30,000 nt of DNA from an uncultured Enterobacteriaceae bacterium (GTDB taxonomy: Bacteria; Pseudomonadota; Gammaproteobacteria; Enterobacterales; Enterobacteriaceae), in assembly GCA_963530515.1 (NCBI GenBank), contig CAUSEC010000026.1, positions 8,075 to 38,074 on the forward strand. The letters run 5' to 3'. This document shows, piece after piece, positions 1 through 9,117 of the stretch; the stretch's first letter is position 1; every line of letters starts with the position of its first letter. Made by a program: the position numbers and the translations under genes. Below the pieces are notes generated by a model. It did not search any database, was not told the origin of the DNA, and saw only the letters and a list, made by a program, of their open reading frames with translations.

Positions 1-469
<469 letters not shown>

Positions 470-506
470 TTACCCGTCAATCTGCCGTAACGCCCCTTCA
501 CATCGG

Positions 507-2369
507 CTACGGCTGAGGTTTGGCCTCGGGTTCATCGTGAGGATCGCCCGTATGACGCCCCTCCTGTGTTCCCTGCCAGCCATGACGCTGTATCACCGAC
601 AAATGCGCCTGATCCTCGGTAATAATTTCGGTCAGCATCGCACTGGTGCGTTTGAACACCGCCGCTCTGGACTGCGGGTCGTTTTCCACTTCCGCCATCT
701 CATCGACCATCTGGGTATTAAACTGGCGGAACAGATCGGCACGCTCGCGAGCTTCGTAGCGCCCCAGCCCCAGCCCTTCCAGCGCCATACGCCCCACTTT
801 CAGCGCCGCCTCGAAGGTTTCACGCTCGGGGTTCTCGACCCCTGCCTGACGCAGCCGGATGTAATGATCAACGTCACGGGCGCGGGCGATAATGCGCAGT
901 TCAGGGAAGTGCGTCTGCGCCAGTTCGGTGAGCTGCAAGCTGGCCTGCGGATCGTCAATGGCGTTGATAAGCACCTCCGCTTTTCGGGCACCTGCAGATT
1001 CGAGCAGATCGGCGCGCGTCGCATCCCCGTAAAACACCTTCATGCCAAACTTACGCAGGGTTTCGATGTGGTCAGGATCGTGGTCGAGAACGACCATTTT
1101 GACGCCGCTGGAGAGCAGCAGACGCCCGGCAATCTGACCAAAGCGCCCGAAACCGGCGATGATCACCCGTGGTTCGTCTTCATCAATTTCATCGGCTTCA
1201 CGCGCCTGAGCACTCCCCGCATTGTCGAGACGGGTCAGCAGCACCAGCAGTACAGGCGTTGCCGCCATAGAGAGTGCGACGGTGAGCGTCAGCGCTTTGA
1301 CCCATTCCGGGTCCAGCACGCCCGCCATCTGTGCCGCTCCAAAGACCACGAAAGCAAACTCACTGCCCTGCCCCAGCAGAGCGGCAAACCAGCGGCGCTG
1401 TTTGCCGGGCACATTGAGCGGCCGACCAATCAGCCACAGCACCACGGCTTTGATAACGAGGAAGCCGACCAGCAGAATCAGGATCCGCAGCGGGTGGGTG
1501 ACCAGGGTACCGAAATCGATCGACATCCCCACACCGATGAAAAACAGCCCCAGCAGCAGCCCTTTAAAAGGTTCGATATCGCTTTCCAGCGCATGACGAT
1601 ATTCAGAGCTCGCCAGTAGCACGCCCGCCAGAAACGCCCCCATCGCCATCGACAGCCCGGCTTCTTCCAGCAGCAGGCCGAAACCAAACACCAGAAACAG
1701 GGCCACCGCACTGAACACTTCACGCAAGCCCGAACGGGCCACAAAACGCAGCGCCGGGCGCGCCACATAGCGCCCGATCAGCACCACCAGCGCCAGTGCG
1801 CCAACGACTTTCAGTGCCGACAGCGCGAACGCCCCAAAGGTGGTGGACGCGCCACTGCTGGCCAGCAGCGGGATCATCGCCACCAGCGGGATAGCGGCAA
1901 TGTCCTGGAACAACAGCACCGAGAAGGCGCTGCGCCCCATTTGTGAGACCGTCAGGTTACGCTCGTTCATCGCCTGCATCGCAATGGCGGTCGACGAGAG
2001 CCCCAGCGTCAGGCCAATCAGTAAGGCGACCGGCCAGGCAAGCCCCAGCGCAATGCAGAAGCCACCGAGCAGCAGCCCACAGGTCGCCATTTGCAATGCG
2101 CCGCCGCCGAACACCGACACGCGCAGTTTCCACAATCGCCGCGGGTCCAGCTCAAGGCCGATGACAAACAGCATCAGCACCACGCCAATTTCCGCAAAGT
2201 GCAGAATCGACTCGGCGTCGGTCACCAGACGCAATCCCCAGGGGCCAATGATGCAGCCAGCGATGAGATAGCCCAGCACCGAACCCAGCCCCAGCCTGAC
2301 GGCGATGGGCACAATCAGCGCTGCTGCACCCAGGTAAATCAGCGCCTGAATTAAGCTATGGCTATCCAT
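507..2369 (-). CDS. kefC: Glutathione-regulated K+ efflux / K+:H+ antiporter KefC (620 aa)
   Basis: From [46 protein letters not shown] to the C-terminal KTN/RCK domain ([11 protein letters not shown]), the translation is collinear with E. coli KefC. I chose the start at the internal Met (codon 33 of the 652-aa ORF) because it gives the K-12 N-terminus and the conserved ATGGATAG overlap with the kefF stop. Confidence 0.95.
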   Translation of the reverse strand: MDSHSLIQALIYLGAAALIVPIAVRLGLGSVLGYLIAGCIIGPWGLRLVTDAESILHFAEIGVVLMLFVIGLELDPRRLWKLRVSVFGGGALQMATCGLLLGGFCIALGLAWPVALLIGLTLGLSSTAIAMQAMNERNLTVSQMGRSAFSVLLFQDIAAIPLVAMIPLLASSGASTTFGAFALSALKVVGALALVVLIGRYVARPALRFVARSGLREVFSAVALFLVFGFGLLLEEAGLSMAMGAFLAGVLLASSEYRHALESDIEPFKGLLLGLFFIGVGMSIDFGTLVTHPLRILILLVGFLVIKAVVLWLIGRPLNVPGKQRRWFAALLGQGSEFAFVVFGAAQMAGVLDPEWVKALTLTVALSMAATPVLLVLLTRLDNAGSAQAREADEIDEDEPRVIIAGFGRFGQIAGRLLLSSGVKMVVLDHDPDHIETLRKFGMKVFYGDATRADLLESAGARKAEVLINAIDDPQASLQLTELAQTHFPELRIIARARDVDHYIRLRQAGVENPERETFEAALKVGRMALEGLGLGRYEARERADLFRQFNTQMVDEMAEVENDPQSRAAVFKRTSAMLTEIITEDQAHLSVIQRHGWQGTQEGRHTGDPHDEPEAKPQP

Positions 2370-2892
2370 GAGACGCCTCCAGCCAGTCGAGAAGGCGTTG
2401 TCGGTAGTGACGCGCCTGCCCTTCGAGGGTTTCGTCATCACAGATAAAGGTGCAGTGCATCGCAAACGGTGGCAGCCATTTCATGCCGCAGTAGAGCGCC
2501 GTTGCTTGTAACGGCTGCGCCAGCACGTCAAAACCTGGGTGGGAGCCAATATCAAAATGCTGATCGCCACCGCCGGTGGTCACGGCCCATAGCAGGCTTT
2601 TATCTTTCAGGGCCCGCGCGCCATGACCATAGGCCCAGCCGTGCGCGAGCACTTTATCGATCCAGAGTTTTAACAACGGCGGCGTGCTGTACCACTGCAT
2701 GGGATGTTGCCAGACCACCAGGTCGGCGCGGTTGAGCGCGGCCTGCTCGGCGGCAATGTCGATATTGAAATCGGGGTAGAGCTCGTACAACGAGCGGACT
2801 TCGATGCCGTCCAGCGTCCCTATGTGTTCAAGCATCCGCTTATTCGCATGCGAATGCTGCGGATAGGGATGGGCATAAATAATTAGAATCAT
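2362..2892 (-). CDS. kefF: KefC ancillary flavoprotein / quinone oxidoreductase KefF (176 aa)
   Basis: [21 protein letters not shown]...[17 protein letters not shown] is near-identical in length and sequence to E. coli KefF. It overlaps the kefC start by 8 nt. Confidence 0.95.
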   Translation of the reverse strand: MILIIYAHPYPQHSHANKRMLEHIGTLDGIEVRSLYELYPDFNIDIAAEQAALNRADLVVWQHPMQWYSTPPLLKLWIDKVLAHGWAYGHGARALKDKSLLWAVTTGGGDQHFDIGSHPGFDVLAQPLQATALYCGMKWLPPFAMHCTFICDDETLEGQARHYRQRLLDWLEASHG

Positions 2893-2974
2893 TGATTAAC
2901 CTGTTTTCACTGCTTACTTTTTTCTTTGAGTGTAGCCAGTTAATCGCCCTGCAAACAGCCATAATCTTCAGGGA

Positions 2975-3003
2975 ATTGCAGGTGCCGCCCTTGCACCTGC
3001 AAT
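2975..3003 (-). terminator. GC-rich hairpin (11-bp stem ATTGCAGGTGC/GCACCTGCAAT, 7-nt loop) 8 nt after the UPF0303 stop; no clear U-tract
   Basis: The inverted repeat is read directly. It sits at the 3' end of the minus-strand transporter/reductase operon. On the minus strand it is followed by TTCCCTGAAG, so it is an atypical terminator or an RNA-stabilising 3' hairpin. Confidence 0.35.
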
Positions 3004-3011
3004 CTCTGACA

Positions 3012-3515
3012 TCAAATCACGTCCGGAACCAGTATCAGTTCGCTTTTCGCAATGCCTAACCTCTCACGCAATGTATCAAGCACCAGGTTGTGATCGTCAC
3101 GCTGGGGCGCCCCGGAAACCGTCACCGTGCCTATCTGGCAGCCACTGGTCAGAGAGAGCGGGTAGCTGCCGCCAAAGGCTGCGTAGTCGCGTAAATCAAG
3201 GCCATACCGCTGGGTCAGCGTGGTCTCGCGAGACTGAAGCATCAATCCTGCCGCCCAGGAGCTGATGCCCAGGAAATCAACCATGTTGCGTTTACGTCGC
3301 ACCCAATCGATATTCTCCGCCGTCGCCCCCGGCATTAACGCGCTGAACAGGCAAACCTGGTTGACGCGAATGTCGATGGCGAGCGCAAAGCCTCTGCGCG
3401 TTGCTTCGGCATACAGGGCGTTGCCAAGCGCCCAGGCCTCACGGGCATCAAAGCGTGGAAATTGCAGCAAGGATCGGTGGCTTTCGCATAAAGCAATGTG
3501 TTGATCCAGCGTCAT
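3012..3515 (-). CDS. UPF0303-family protein (heme-degrading / GlcG-HbpS-like domain), 167 aa, function unknown
   Basis: Blocks typical of UPF0303 proteins (Burkholderia and yeast YBR137W relatives) are present: FPRFDAREAWALGN, PGATAENIDWVRRKRNMV, DYAAFGGSYPL, TVSGAPQRDDHNLV. A strong SD (GGGGGAAAG) precedes the ATG, and the gap after the MFS stop is only 12 nt. Confidence 0.8.
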   Translation of the reverse strand: MTLDQHIALCESHRSLLQFPRFDAREAWALGNALYAEATRRGFALAIDIRVNQVCLFSALMPGATAENIDWVRRKRNMVDFLGISSWAAGLMLQSRETTLTQRYGLDLRDYAAFGGSYPLSLTSGCQIGTVTVSGAPQRDDHNLVLDTLRERLGIAKSELILVPDVI

Positions 3516-3527
3516 GCTCTTTCCCCC

Positions 3528-4835
3528 TTACGCGCGGTGCGGCTTTTCATCGCCACTCAGCGCAGCTGCCGCTTCCGGCACAAGGTCGCATTTCTTCGGC
3601 AGGAAGAAGGTCATGGTCCCGGCGATAATCAGTGACCCCGCCAGCGCACATACCGCCACATTCTGCCCGTAGAAGTAAATCATCACGCCCACCAGATACG
3701 GGCCGCAGAAGCCGCCCAGGTTCCCCAGACCATTAATAACACCACGCGCGCTGCCCGCCACTTCGGGTGACGCAATACGCCCCGGAATCGACCAGAACGG
3801 ACTGGTTGCCGCTTTGAGGAAGAAGCCGCAAAGCACCAGCGCAATGTAAGCTGCCACGATATGGTCTTTGAGCAGCACGGAGGCCAGCAGGCAGGCCGCG
3901 AAGCAGTAAAGGGAGATACGCACCAGCGCGCGGCGTTTGCCCGAGCGGTCACTGAACAGGGAAATCACGTAGATCCCGGCAAGGGTGGCGACAAAGGGTA
4001 AAATGGCCAGTACGCCGACGCCCGCCATATTGGCCCCGGTCAGGTTTTTCAGGATAGTCGGCAGCCAGAGCGTGTAGCCGTAATCGCCGGTCTGGTAGAA
4101 GAAGTTCAGAATGACCAGCTTCATCAGCCCTGAGTTGCGAAAAACATCTTTCACCGGCGCATTACTGACCGGCTCTTCCGCCATACGCGCCTGCCGTTCA
4201 CGGCCCAGGGTGGTCACCAGATACTCACGTTCGCTGTCCGGGAGCCATTTCGCTTCTTCCGGGCGATCGCTTATCAGGAACCACCACACCAGCAGCACCA
4301 CGAAGGAGAGCAGCCCTTCGATGATAAACAGCCAGCGCCAGTCGTATGCCGCAATGATCGCACCGGAAATCGGCGCGGTGAGCATGCCGCCAAGCGGGGC
4401 AAACATCATGACGAAGGCATTGGCCCGGCCAACTTCTTTTTCCGGGAACCAGTTGCTGACCATGGTCAGCACCACCGGTAACATGCCACCTTCGGAGACG
4501 CCGAGAATAAAGCGCAGCACCAGCAGCTGATATTCATGCGTTACAAACCCGGTGGCGATAGACACCACCGCCCAGGCCACTAATGACCAGGCAATAAAAC
4601 GTTTGCCGCTGCCGTACACAGCAATACGCCCGCCGGGTATTTGTAAAAACAGATAGCCGATAAAAAATATTCCACTGGCGACACCCGCCATCTGGCTGGT
4701 AATCCCCAAATCCGTTTCCATACCGCCGGGTAAGGCAAAACTAATATTAACCCTGTCCATAAACGAAATAATGCAGGCAATCAGAACCGGGGCAATAATT
4801 CGCCACCAGCGCGTGCCGGGTATTTTATTGTTCAT
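3528..4835 (-). CDS. MFS transporter, anion:cation symporter (ACS) family, TtuB/KguT-like organic or sugar-acid permease (435 aa)
   Basis: About 12 hydrophobic segments are visible. The ACS-type N-terminal motif FMDRVNISFA is present, along with LRFILGVSEGGMLPV and SNWFPEKEVGRANA blocks resembling tartrate, ketogluconate and phthalate-type permeases. Confidence 0.85.
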   Translation of the reverse strand: MNNKIPGTRWWRIIAPVLIACIISFMDRVNISFALPGGMETDLGITSQMAGVASGIFFIGYLFLQIPGGRIAVYGSGKRFIAWSLVAWAVVSIATGFVTHEYQLLVLRFILGVSEGGMLPVVLTMVSNWFPEKEVGRANAFVMMFAPLGGMLTAPISGAIIAAYDWRWLFIIEGLLSFVVLLVWWFLISDRPEEAKWLPDSEREYLVTTLGRERQARMAEEPVSNAPVKDVFRNSGLMKLVILNFFYQTGDYGYTLWLPTILKNLTGANMAGVGVLAILPFVATLAGIYVISLFSDRSGKRRALVRISLYCFAACLLASVLLKDHIVAAYIALVLCGFFLKAATSPFWSIPGRIASPEVAGSARGVINGLGNLGGFCGPYLVGVMIYFYGQNVAVCALAGSLIIAGTMTFFLPKKCDLVPEAAAALSGDEKPHRA

Positions 4836-4880
4836 ATTTTTCTCGCTGTCGCAGAGGGGGGTAATAACCTGTGTGAGAAA

Positions 4881-5831
4881 TTACGCAATCACGTTGGGCA
4901 ACGGCCTTTGTGCAAAATACGCCTCAACGTTGGCATACACGACATCACTCATTTTCTGGCGCGTCTCATGGGTTGCACTGGCCACGTGCGGTTGCAGTAC
5001 CACGTTATCCAGCGCAATCAGTTCAGCCGGTACGTGAGGTTCGTCTTCGTAGACATCCAGCGCCGCTCCGGCGATAACACGGTTTTGTAACGCGTGAATA
5101 AGCGCGCGTTCATCCACCAGCGAACCGCGTGCAACGTTAATCAGCCAGGCGTGGCTGGGCATGACGTTAAATACGGAAGCATCAAGCAGTTTGTGGTTTT
5201 CAGGCCCGGCTGAGGCGGCAATCACCAGGAAATCGCTTTCATGGGCGAGGGTATGAAGATCCGCGCACCACTGGTAATCCAGTCCGGCAATTTTCTGGCG
5301 ATCGTTATACAGGATCTCCATATCAAAGCCGCTGGCACGCCGTGCAATGGCCTGGCCGATGTTGCCCATGCCAAAGATGCCAATACGCTTGCCGCTCACC
5401 TGAGTGGCCAGTGCCGGTGCGGTATTCACCCAACGGCCTTCGCGCACGAATCGGTCGCCCTGACAGAGCTGGCGGGCACCCGCCAACAGCAGCCCCATCG
5501 CCAGGTCTGCCACGCCCTGCGTCAGCACGCCGGAGGTGATAGTCACCGCGATATTGCGTGAACGGGTGTAGTCCAAATCCACCGCGTCGGTGCCCACACC
5601 AAACACGGCAATCAGCCCAACCTGCGGCAGCGCATCGAGGACAAGATTCGTCACGCCAATATCACCACGCGTCACCACCGCCTGAACGGTCGGCCCCACC
5701 TCTTGCAGGTACGCCGCGGCATCCGGCTGCTCGTAAAGGCGGTGCACGGTAAAGGCCGTGGCGAGTTTATCCAGCAGGCTGTCCACGACGGGCGCAATCA
5801 GCAAAACGGTCTGGGGAGTTTGAGTAGTCAT
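4881..5831 (-). CDS. D-isomer-specific 2-hydroxyacid dehydrogenase (2-ketoaldonate / glyoxylate-hydroxypyruvate reductase-like), 316 aa
   Basis: It carries the NAD(P) Rossmann motif GIFGMGNIGQAIARRA and the catalytic triad context NVARG ... DVYEDEP ... QPHVASAT, typical of the GhrB/TkrA/KguD-type family. Confidence 0.85.
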   Translation of the reverse strand: MTTQTPQTVLLIAPVVDSLLDKLATAFTVHRLYEQPDAAAYLQEVGPTVQAVVTRGDIGVTNLVLDALPQVGLIAVFGVGTDAVDLDYTRSRNIAVTITSGVLTQGVADLAMGLLLAGARQLCQGDRFVREGRWVNTAPALATQVSGKRIGIFGMGNIGQAIARRASGFDMEILYNDRQKIAGLDYQWCADLHTLAHESDFLVIAASAGPENHKLLDASVFNVMPSHAWLINVARGSLVDERALIHALQNRVIAGAALDVYEDEPHVPAELIALDNVVLQPHVASATHETRQKMSDVVYANVEAYFAQRPLPNVIA

Positions 5832-6042
5832 AGTGTTACCTGTTTGAAAGTTTCAGTACGTCAGATGCGTATTATCAAACGGGTTTTTGGCGGGCAATTT
5901 TGCGATCCAGGTCACGCTGAATCGTGTTAAAAAAGCGTGTTACCGTCTACGTGATCGCTATGGACAAATCGTTCTGCCACGGCTGACGGCTTTCGACATA
6001 ACCTCAACAAAACGCTAACAATTTTTGTGAACGGCTTCAGGC

Positions 6043-7035
6043 TCAGATGGTTTCACCCATCGATAAACGGAAGTGGAGATCCACTTTTTCAATGCTCGGT
6101 AATCCCTTGATTTTTTTAATGATGATTTCCGTCGCCACTTTCCCCATTTCAAAACGTGGGGTCAGCACGCTCGCCAGTCGCGGGCTAATAATCTGCCCAA
6201 TCTCCAGGCCATGAAATCCAGCTATCGCCATCTGGTCAGGGACTTTTATGCCAGAGGCGAGGCACTCCTGTAACACCCCCACCGCCAGGTCATCATTGGT
6301 GCACAGAATACCGTCCATATCGGCATACATCTGACGCGCCAGGGTCATCATGCCGGTGCCAATCGAAATAGAAGAGACTTTATTCGGCGCGATGCGGCCT
6401 ACCGGTAATCCCTGCGCTTCCATCGCCTGGCAGTAGCCTGTGTAGCGCTGCTCGTCGCGCACATCGGACATGGAGCCAAAGTAGATAATGCGCTGCTTGC
6501 CGCTGGCCAGCAGCATGTTGGTCATATCAAAACCTGCGCGCACGTTATCGAAACCCACGTTGATACGATCGGGGTTGGCAGACAGCCCCATCACTTCCGC
6601 AATCGGGATTTTTGCCGCTTTCAGGTATTTTTCGGCACGCAGGCTGTGTACTGATTCGGTCAGCAGCAGGCCTTTGACCTTAAAGGCCAGCACGGTAGCA
6701 ATCTGCTCTTCCTCACGCTGGCTGTCGTAGTCGTAATTGACCACCAGCGTCTGGTAGCCCTGCGCGGCCGCCACTGACTCAATACCGGCCAGCAGATCGG
6801 CAAAGATTTGATTATTAAAAGAAGGGATAAGCACGCCGATGCGCGGCAGGCCGTTGGCAGACATCGCCGGGTTATCCGGGTCGGGCTGGTAACCCACTTC
6901 GGCAATCACGCTGGCAATGCGCTCAGCGGTTTCCGGCTTTACCCGTTCCGGGGTACGAAGATAGCGGCTCACCGTCATTTTGGTTACCCCCGCCAGCGCC
7001 GCGATATCATGTAATGTAATTCGTTGTGGTTTCAT
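6043..7035 (-). CDS. LacI-family transcriptional regulator, GntR/IdnR-like (330 aa)
   Basis: The N-terminal HTH is ITLHDIAALAGVTKMTVSRYLRTPERV. The C-terminal blocks FCTNDDLAVGVLQEC, KVPDQMAIAGFHG and PRLASVLTP parallel E. coli GntR/IdnR. I moved the start to Met39 of the 368-aa ORF (ATG at 7035), which gives the family-typical N-terminus. Confidence 0.85.
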   Translation of the reverse strand: MKPQRITLHDIAALAGVTKMTVSRYLRTPERVKPETAERIASVIAEVGYQPDPDNPAMSANGLPRIGVLIPSFNNQIFADLLAGIESVAAAQGYQTLVVNYDYDSQREEEQIATVLAFKVKGLLLTESVHSLRAEKYLKAAKIPIAEVMGLSANPDRINVGFDNVRAGFDMTNMLLASGKQRIIYFGSMSDVRDEQRYTGYCQAMEAQGLPVGRIAPNKVSSISIGTGMMTLARQMYADMDGILCTNDDLAVGVLQECLASGIKVPDQMAIAGFHGLEIGQIISPRLASVLTPRFEMGKVATEIIIKKIKGLPSIEKVDLHFRLSMGETI

Positions 7036-7200
7036 CGTTGATACCTGTTCTGACGCCTGCGCAAGCCTGCCATTATGCCCCGTGTTACGGGAAAAGAGAA
7101 TTGTCAGAAGACGCGCAGCAGCTTGCTTAGCGCCCGATTTCCCCTGCATTTCCCCCTTCAGTTCACACTAAAAGTAACCCCTTTTTGTAACATGGTTTTG

Positions 7201-7216
7201 AGTGATCTGCATCACA
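7201..7216. promoter_or_regulatory. Near-consensus CRP site AGTGATCTGCATCACA upstream of idnO
   Basis: It matches the TGTGA-N6-TCACA core at 9/10 positions and has T-rich flanks (TTTTG..GTTT). It lies 70-85 nt upstream of the idnO-like ATG, inside the divergent regulator/idnO intergenic region. Confidence 0.55.
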
Positions 7217-7285
7217 GTTTGCCGGGAGTAAAAACCGTGAGATAGACAGCACATCATTTGGGCGGGAAATCACGCGGGAAACAAT

Positions 7286-8050
7286 ATGAACGATCTTTTT
7301 CAGTTAAGCGGCAAACGCATTTTAATCACCGGTTCAGGTCAGGGGATTGGATTTGTGATGGCGCAGGGGCTGGCGCAATATGGCGCAGAAATTATCATCA
7401 ACGATATTTCCGCAGAGCGTGCAGAACAGGCAGCCATGAAATTACGTGACGAAGGTGCTACGGCCTGGACCTCTGTCTTTAACGTCACCGATGCCGAGTC
7501 CGTTGAGAACGCCATCGCGGATATTGAAAAGAATATCGGCCCAGTCGATGTGTTATTTAACAACGCCGGTATTCAGCGCCGTCACCCTTTTACTGAATTC
7601 CCCGTTGAAGAATGGAATGCGGTGATTGCCGTCAACCAGACGGCGGTATTTTTAGTCTCGCAGGCGGTGGCCAAACGCATGATGACCCGCAAGCAGGGCA
7701 AAATCATCAACATTTGCTCCATGCAAAGCGAACTGGGTCGCGACACCATCACCCCGTATGCCGCAGCAAAAGGGGCAGTAAAAATGCTCACCCGTGGCAT
7801 GTGCGTTGAGCTGGCGCGCTACAACATCCAGGTCAACGGCATTGCCCCAGGTTATTTCCAGACCGCGATGACGCAGGCCCTGGTCGATGACAAAGCCTTC
7901 ACCGACTGGTTATGCAAACGCACGCCTGCAGCACGCTGGGGCAACCCGGAAGAGCTGGTCGGTGCCGCCGTGTTCCTTTCCTCGAAAGCCTCTAACTTCG
8001 TCAACGGCCATCTGCTGTTTGTTGACGGCGGCATGCTGGTTGCGGTGTAA
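7286..8050 (+). CDS. idnO: Gluconate 5-dehydrogenase / 5-keto-D-gluconate 5-reductase (SDR), 254 aa
   Basis: MNDLFQLSGKRILITGSGQGIGF ... NNAGIQRRHPFTEFP ... INICSMQSELGRDTITPYAAAKGAVKMLTRGMCVELA ... FVNGHLLFVDGGMLVAV is collinear with E. coli IdnO. The SDR TGxxxGIG, NNAG and YxxxK motifs are intact. Confidence 0.88.
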   Translation: MNDLFQLSGKRILITGSGQGIGFVMAQGLAQYGAEIIINDISAERAEQAAMKLRDEGATAWTSVFNVTDAESVENAIADIEKNIGPVDVLFNNAGIQRRHPFTEFPVEEWNAVIAVNQTAVFLVSQAVAKRMMTRKQGKIINICSMQSELGRDTITPYAAAKGAVKMLTRGMCVELARYNIQVNGIAPGYFQTAMTQALVDDKAFTDWLCKRTPAARWGNPEELVGAAVFLSSKASNFVNGHLLFVDGGMLVAV

Positions 8051-8060
8051 GGAGCGGATG

Positions 8061-8591
8061 ATGGCAGGTCAGTGCGTGATTTTAATGGGCGTCTCCGGCA
8101 CCGGGAAATCAACGGTGGGTCTGGCGTTAGCGCAGGCAATGCAGGCCAAATTTATCGACGGGGACGATCTGCATCCCCGGCAAAACATCCGCAAAATGGC
8201 CTCCGGTGAGGCGCTGAACGACGACGATCGCCTCCCGTGGCTTGAGCGCATTTCTGATGTCATTTTCAGCCTTGAGCAGAAAAACGAATCCGGCGTACTG
8301 GTCTGCTCGGCGTTAAAAAAACGCTACCGGGACCAGTTGCGCCACGGTAATAACAACGTGCGTTTTCTGTGGCTGAAAGGCGATTACGACTGCGTGCTGG
8401 GCCGGATGCGCCAGCGGCAGGGGCACTTTATGCCGGAGGCGTTGCTGCAAAGCCAGTTCGCAGCCCTTGAACTGCCTGCTGAAGACGAAGCCGATATTAT
8501 CGCCGTGGATATTGCGCCGCCGGTTGCCACCCTCGTGTCACAAAGTCTTTCGTTGTTACAACACCATGATAAGCAGGATGTTCCCGCATGA
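8061..8591 (+). CDS. idnK: Gluconokinase (IdnK/GntK family), 176 aa
   Basis: MAGQCVILMGVSGTGKST (P-loop), AKFIDGDDLHP, DDDRLPWLERI, FLWLKGDY and GHFMPEALLQSQF resemble IdnK more than GntK. The AGGAG SD overlaps the idnO stop. ATGs at 8058 and 8061 are both in frame, and 8061 has the better spacing. The upstream extension of the ORF track (7887) lies inside idnO. Confidence 0.85.
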   Translation: MAGQCVILMGVSGTGKSTVGLALAQAMQAKFIDGDDLHPRQNIRKMASGEALNDDDRLPWLERISDVIFSLEQKNESGVLVCSALKKRYRDQLRHGNNNVRFLWLKGDYDCVLGRMRQRQGHFMPEALLQSQFAALELPAEDEADIIAVDIAPPVATLVSQSLSLLQHHDKQDVPA

Positions 8592-9061
8592 TTATTGATA
8601 ACTTGTCCGCCGGGGCGGTTAACCCCCTTTATCCGGCCATTATTCGCCAGACGCTACAAGCCATTATCGACAAATCCCCCCACACGCTGCCAACCGGGAA
8701 ATACCCGTTGCAGGGTGACAGCGTATTCTTCTCCGTGGTTGAAGGGCATACCCGCCTGCTCGCTGAGCAGCGCCCGGAGTTCCACCGTCAGTACATTGAT
8801 ATTCATATTGTCCTGACAGGAGAAGAAGTGGTGGGAGCCGGGGTCACCGGCCTGCCGCTTGATTTGAGCGAGCCGTTTAACACCGCCCACGATCTGGGTT
8901 TTTGCCATCAGATTGCCAGCGAGACGCTGATCCATCTTCAGCCTGAAGAACTGGCGATTATCTTCCCGCTCGAGCTGCATCGCCCCATGTGCACCCTCGG
9001 CGCACCGGCCGCCCTGCGTAAAATCGTGGTAAAAATCGACGCCGCGCTGCTCACTGCGTAA
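8588..9061 (+). CDS. YhcH/YjgK/YiaL (DUF386) family protein, 157 aa, function unknown
   Basis: Family blocks are RPEFHRQYIDIHIVLTGEE, IFPLELHRP and ALRKIVVKI. The start overlaps the gluconokinase stop (ATGA at 8588..8591), implying translational coupling. Confidence 0.8.
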   Translation: MIIDNLSAGAVNPLYPAIIRQTLQAIIDKSPHTLPTGKYPLQGDSVFFSVVEGHTRLLAEQRPEFHRQYIDIHIVLTGEEVVGAGVTGLPLDLSEPFNTAHDLGFCHQIASETLIHLQPEELAIIFPLELHRPMCTLGAPAALRKIVVKIDAALLTA

Positions 9062-9064
9062 TCC

Positions 9065-9105
9065 AAAAAAAAAGTCCCGCGCCATGGCGGGACTCCTCTT
9101 TTCTC
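9065..9105. terminator. Bidirectional intrinsic terminator between the convergent DUF386 gene and the lipoprotein gene
   Basis: The structure is A9 - AGTCCCGC (9073..9080) - 6-nt loop - GCGGGACT (9087..9094) - CCTCTTTTCTC. On the minus strand the hairpin is followed by T9, and on the plus strand by a T-rich tract. Confidence 0.75.
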
Positions 9106-9117
9106 AGCACGGCTGAA

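Noticed and set aside
537-2354. Plus-strand ORFs antisense to kefC (537..1619 at 360 aa, 1840..2271, 2091..2354, and others)
   Set aside because: They lie entirely inside the well-supported kefC gene on the opposite strand. Their composition is typical of antisense frames in GC-rich coding DNA.
2370-2465. Upstream in-frame extensions in the ORF track: kefC (to 2465), the LacI regulator (to 7149), gluconokinase (from 7887), the lipoprotein (to 9393), yaaU (to 10851), fixA (to 14313), caiC (from 18754), caiE (from 21222) and carA (to 27033)
   Set aside because: In each case an internal start reproduces the conserved family or E. coli N-terminus. That start usually has a proper SD or the conserved overlap with the upstream gene. 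The extensions run into neighbouring genes or regulatory sites.
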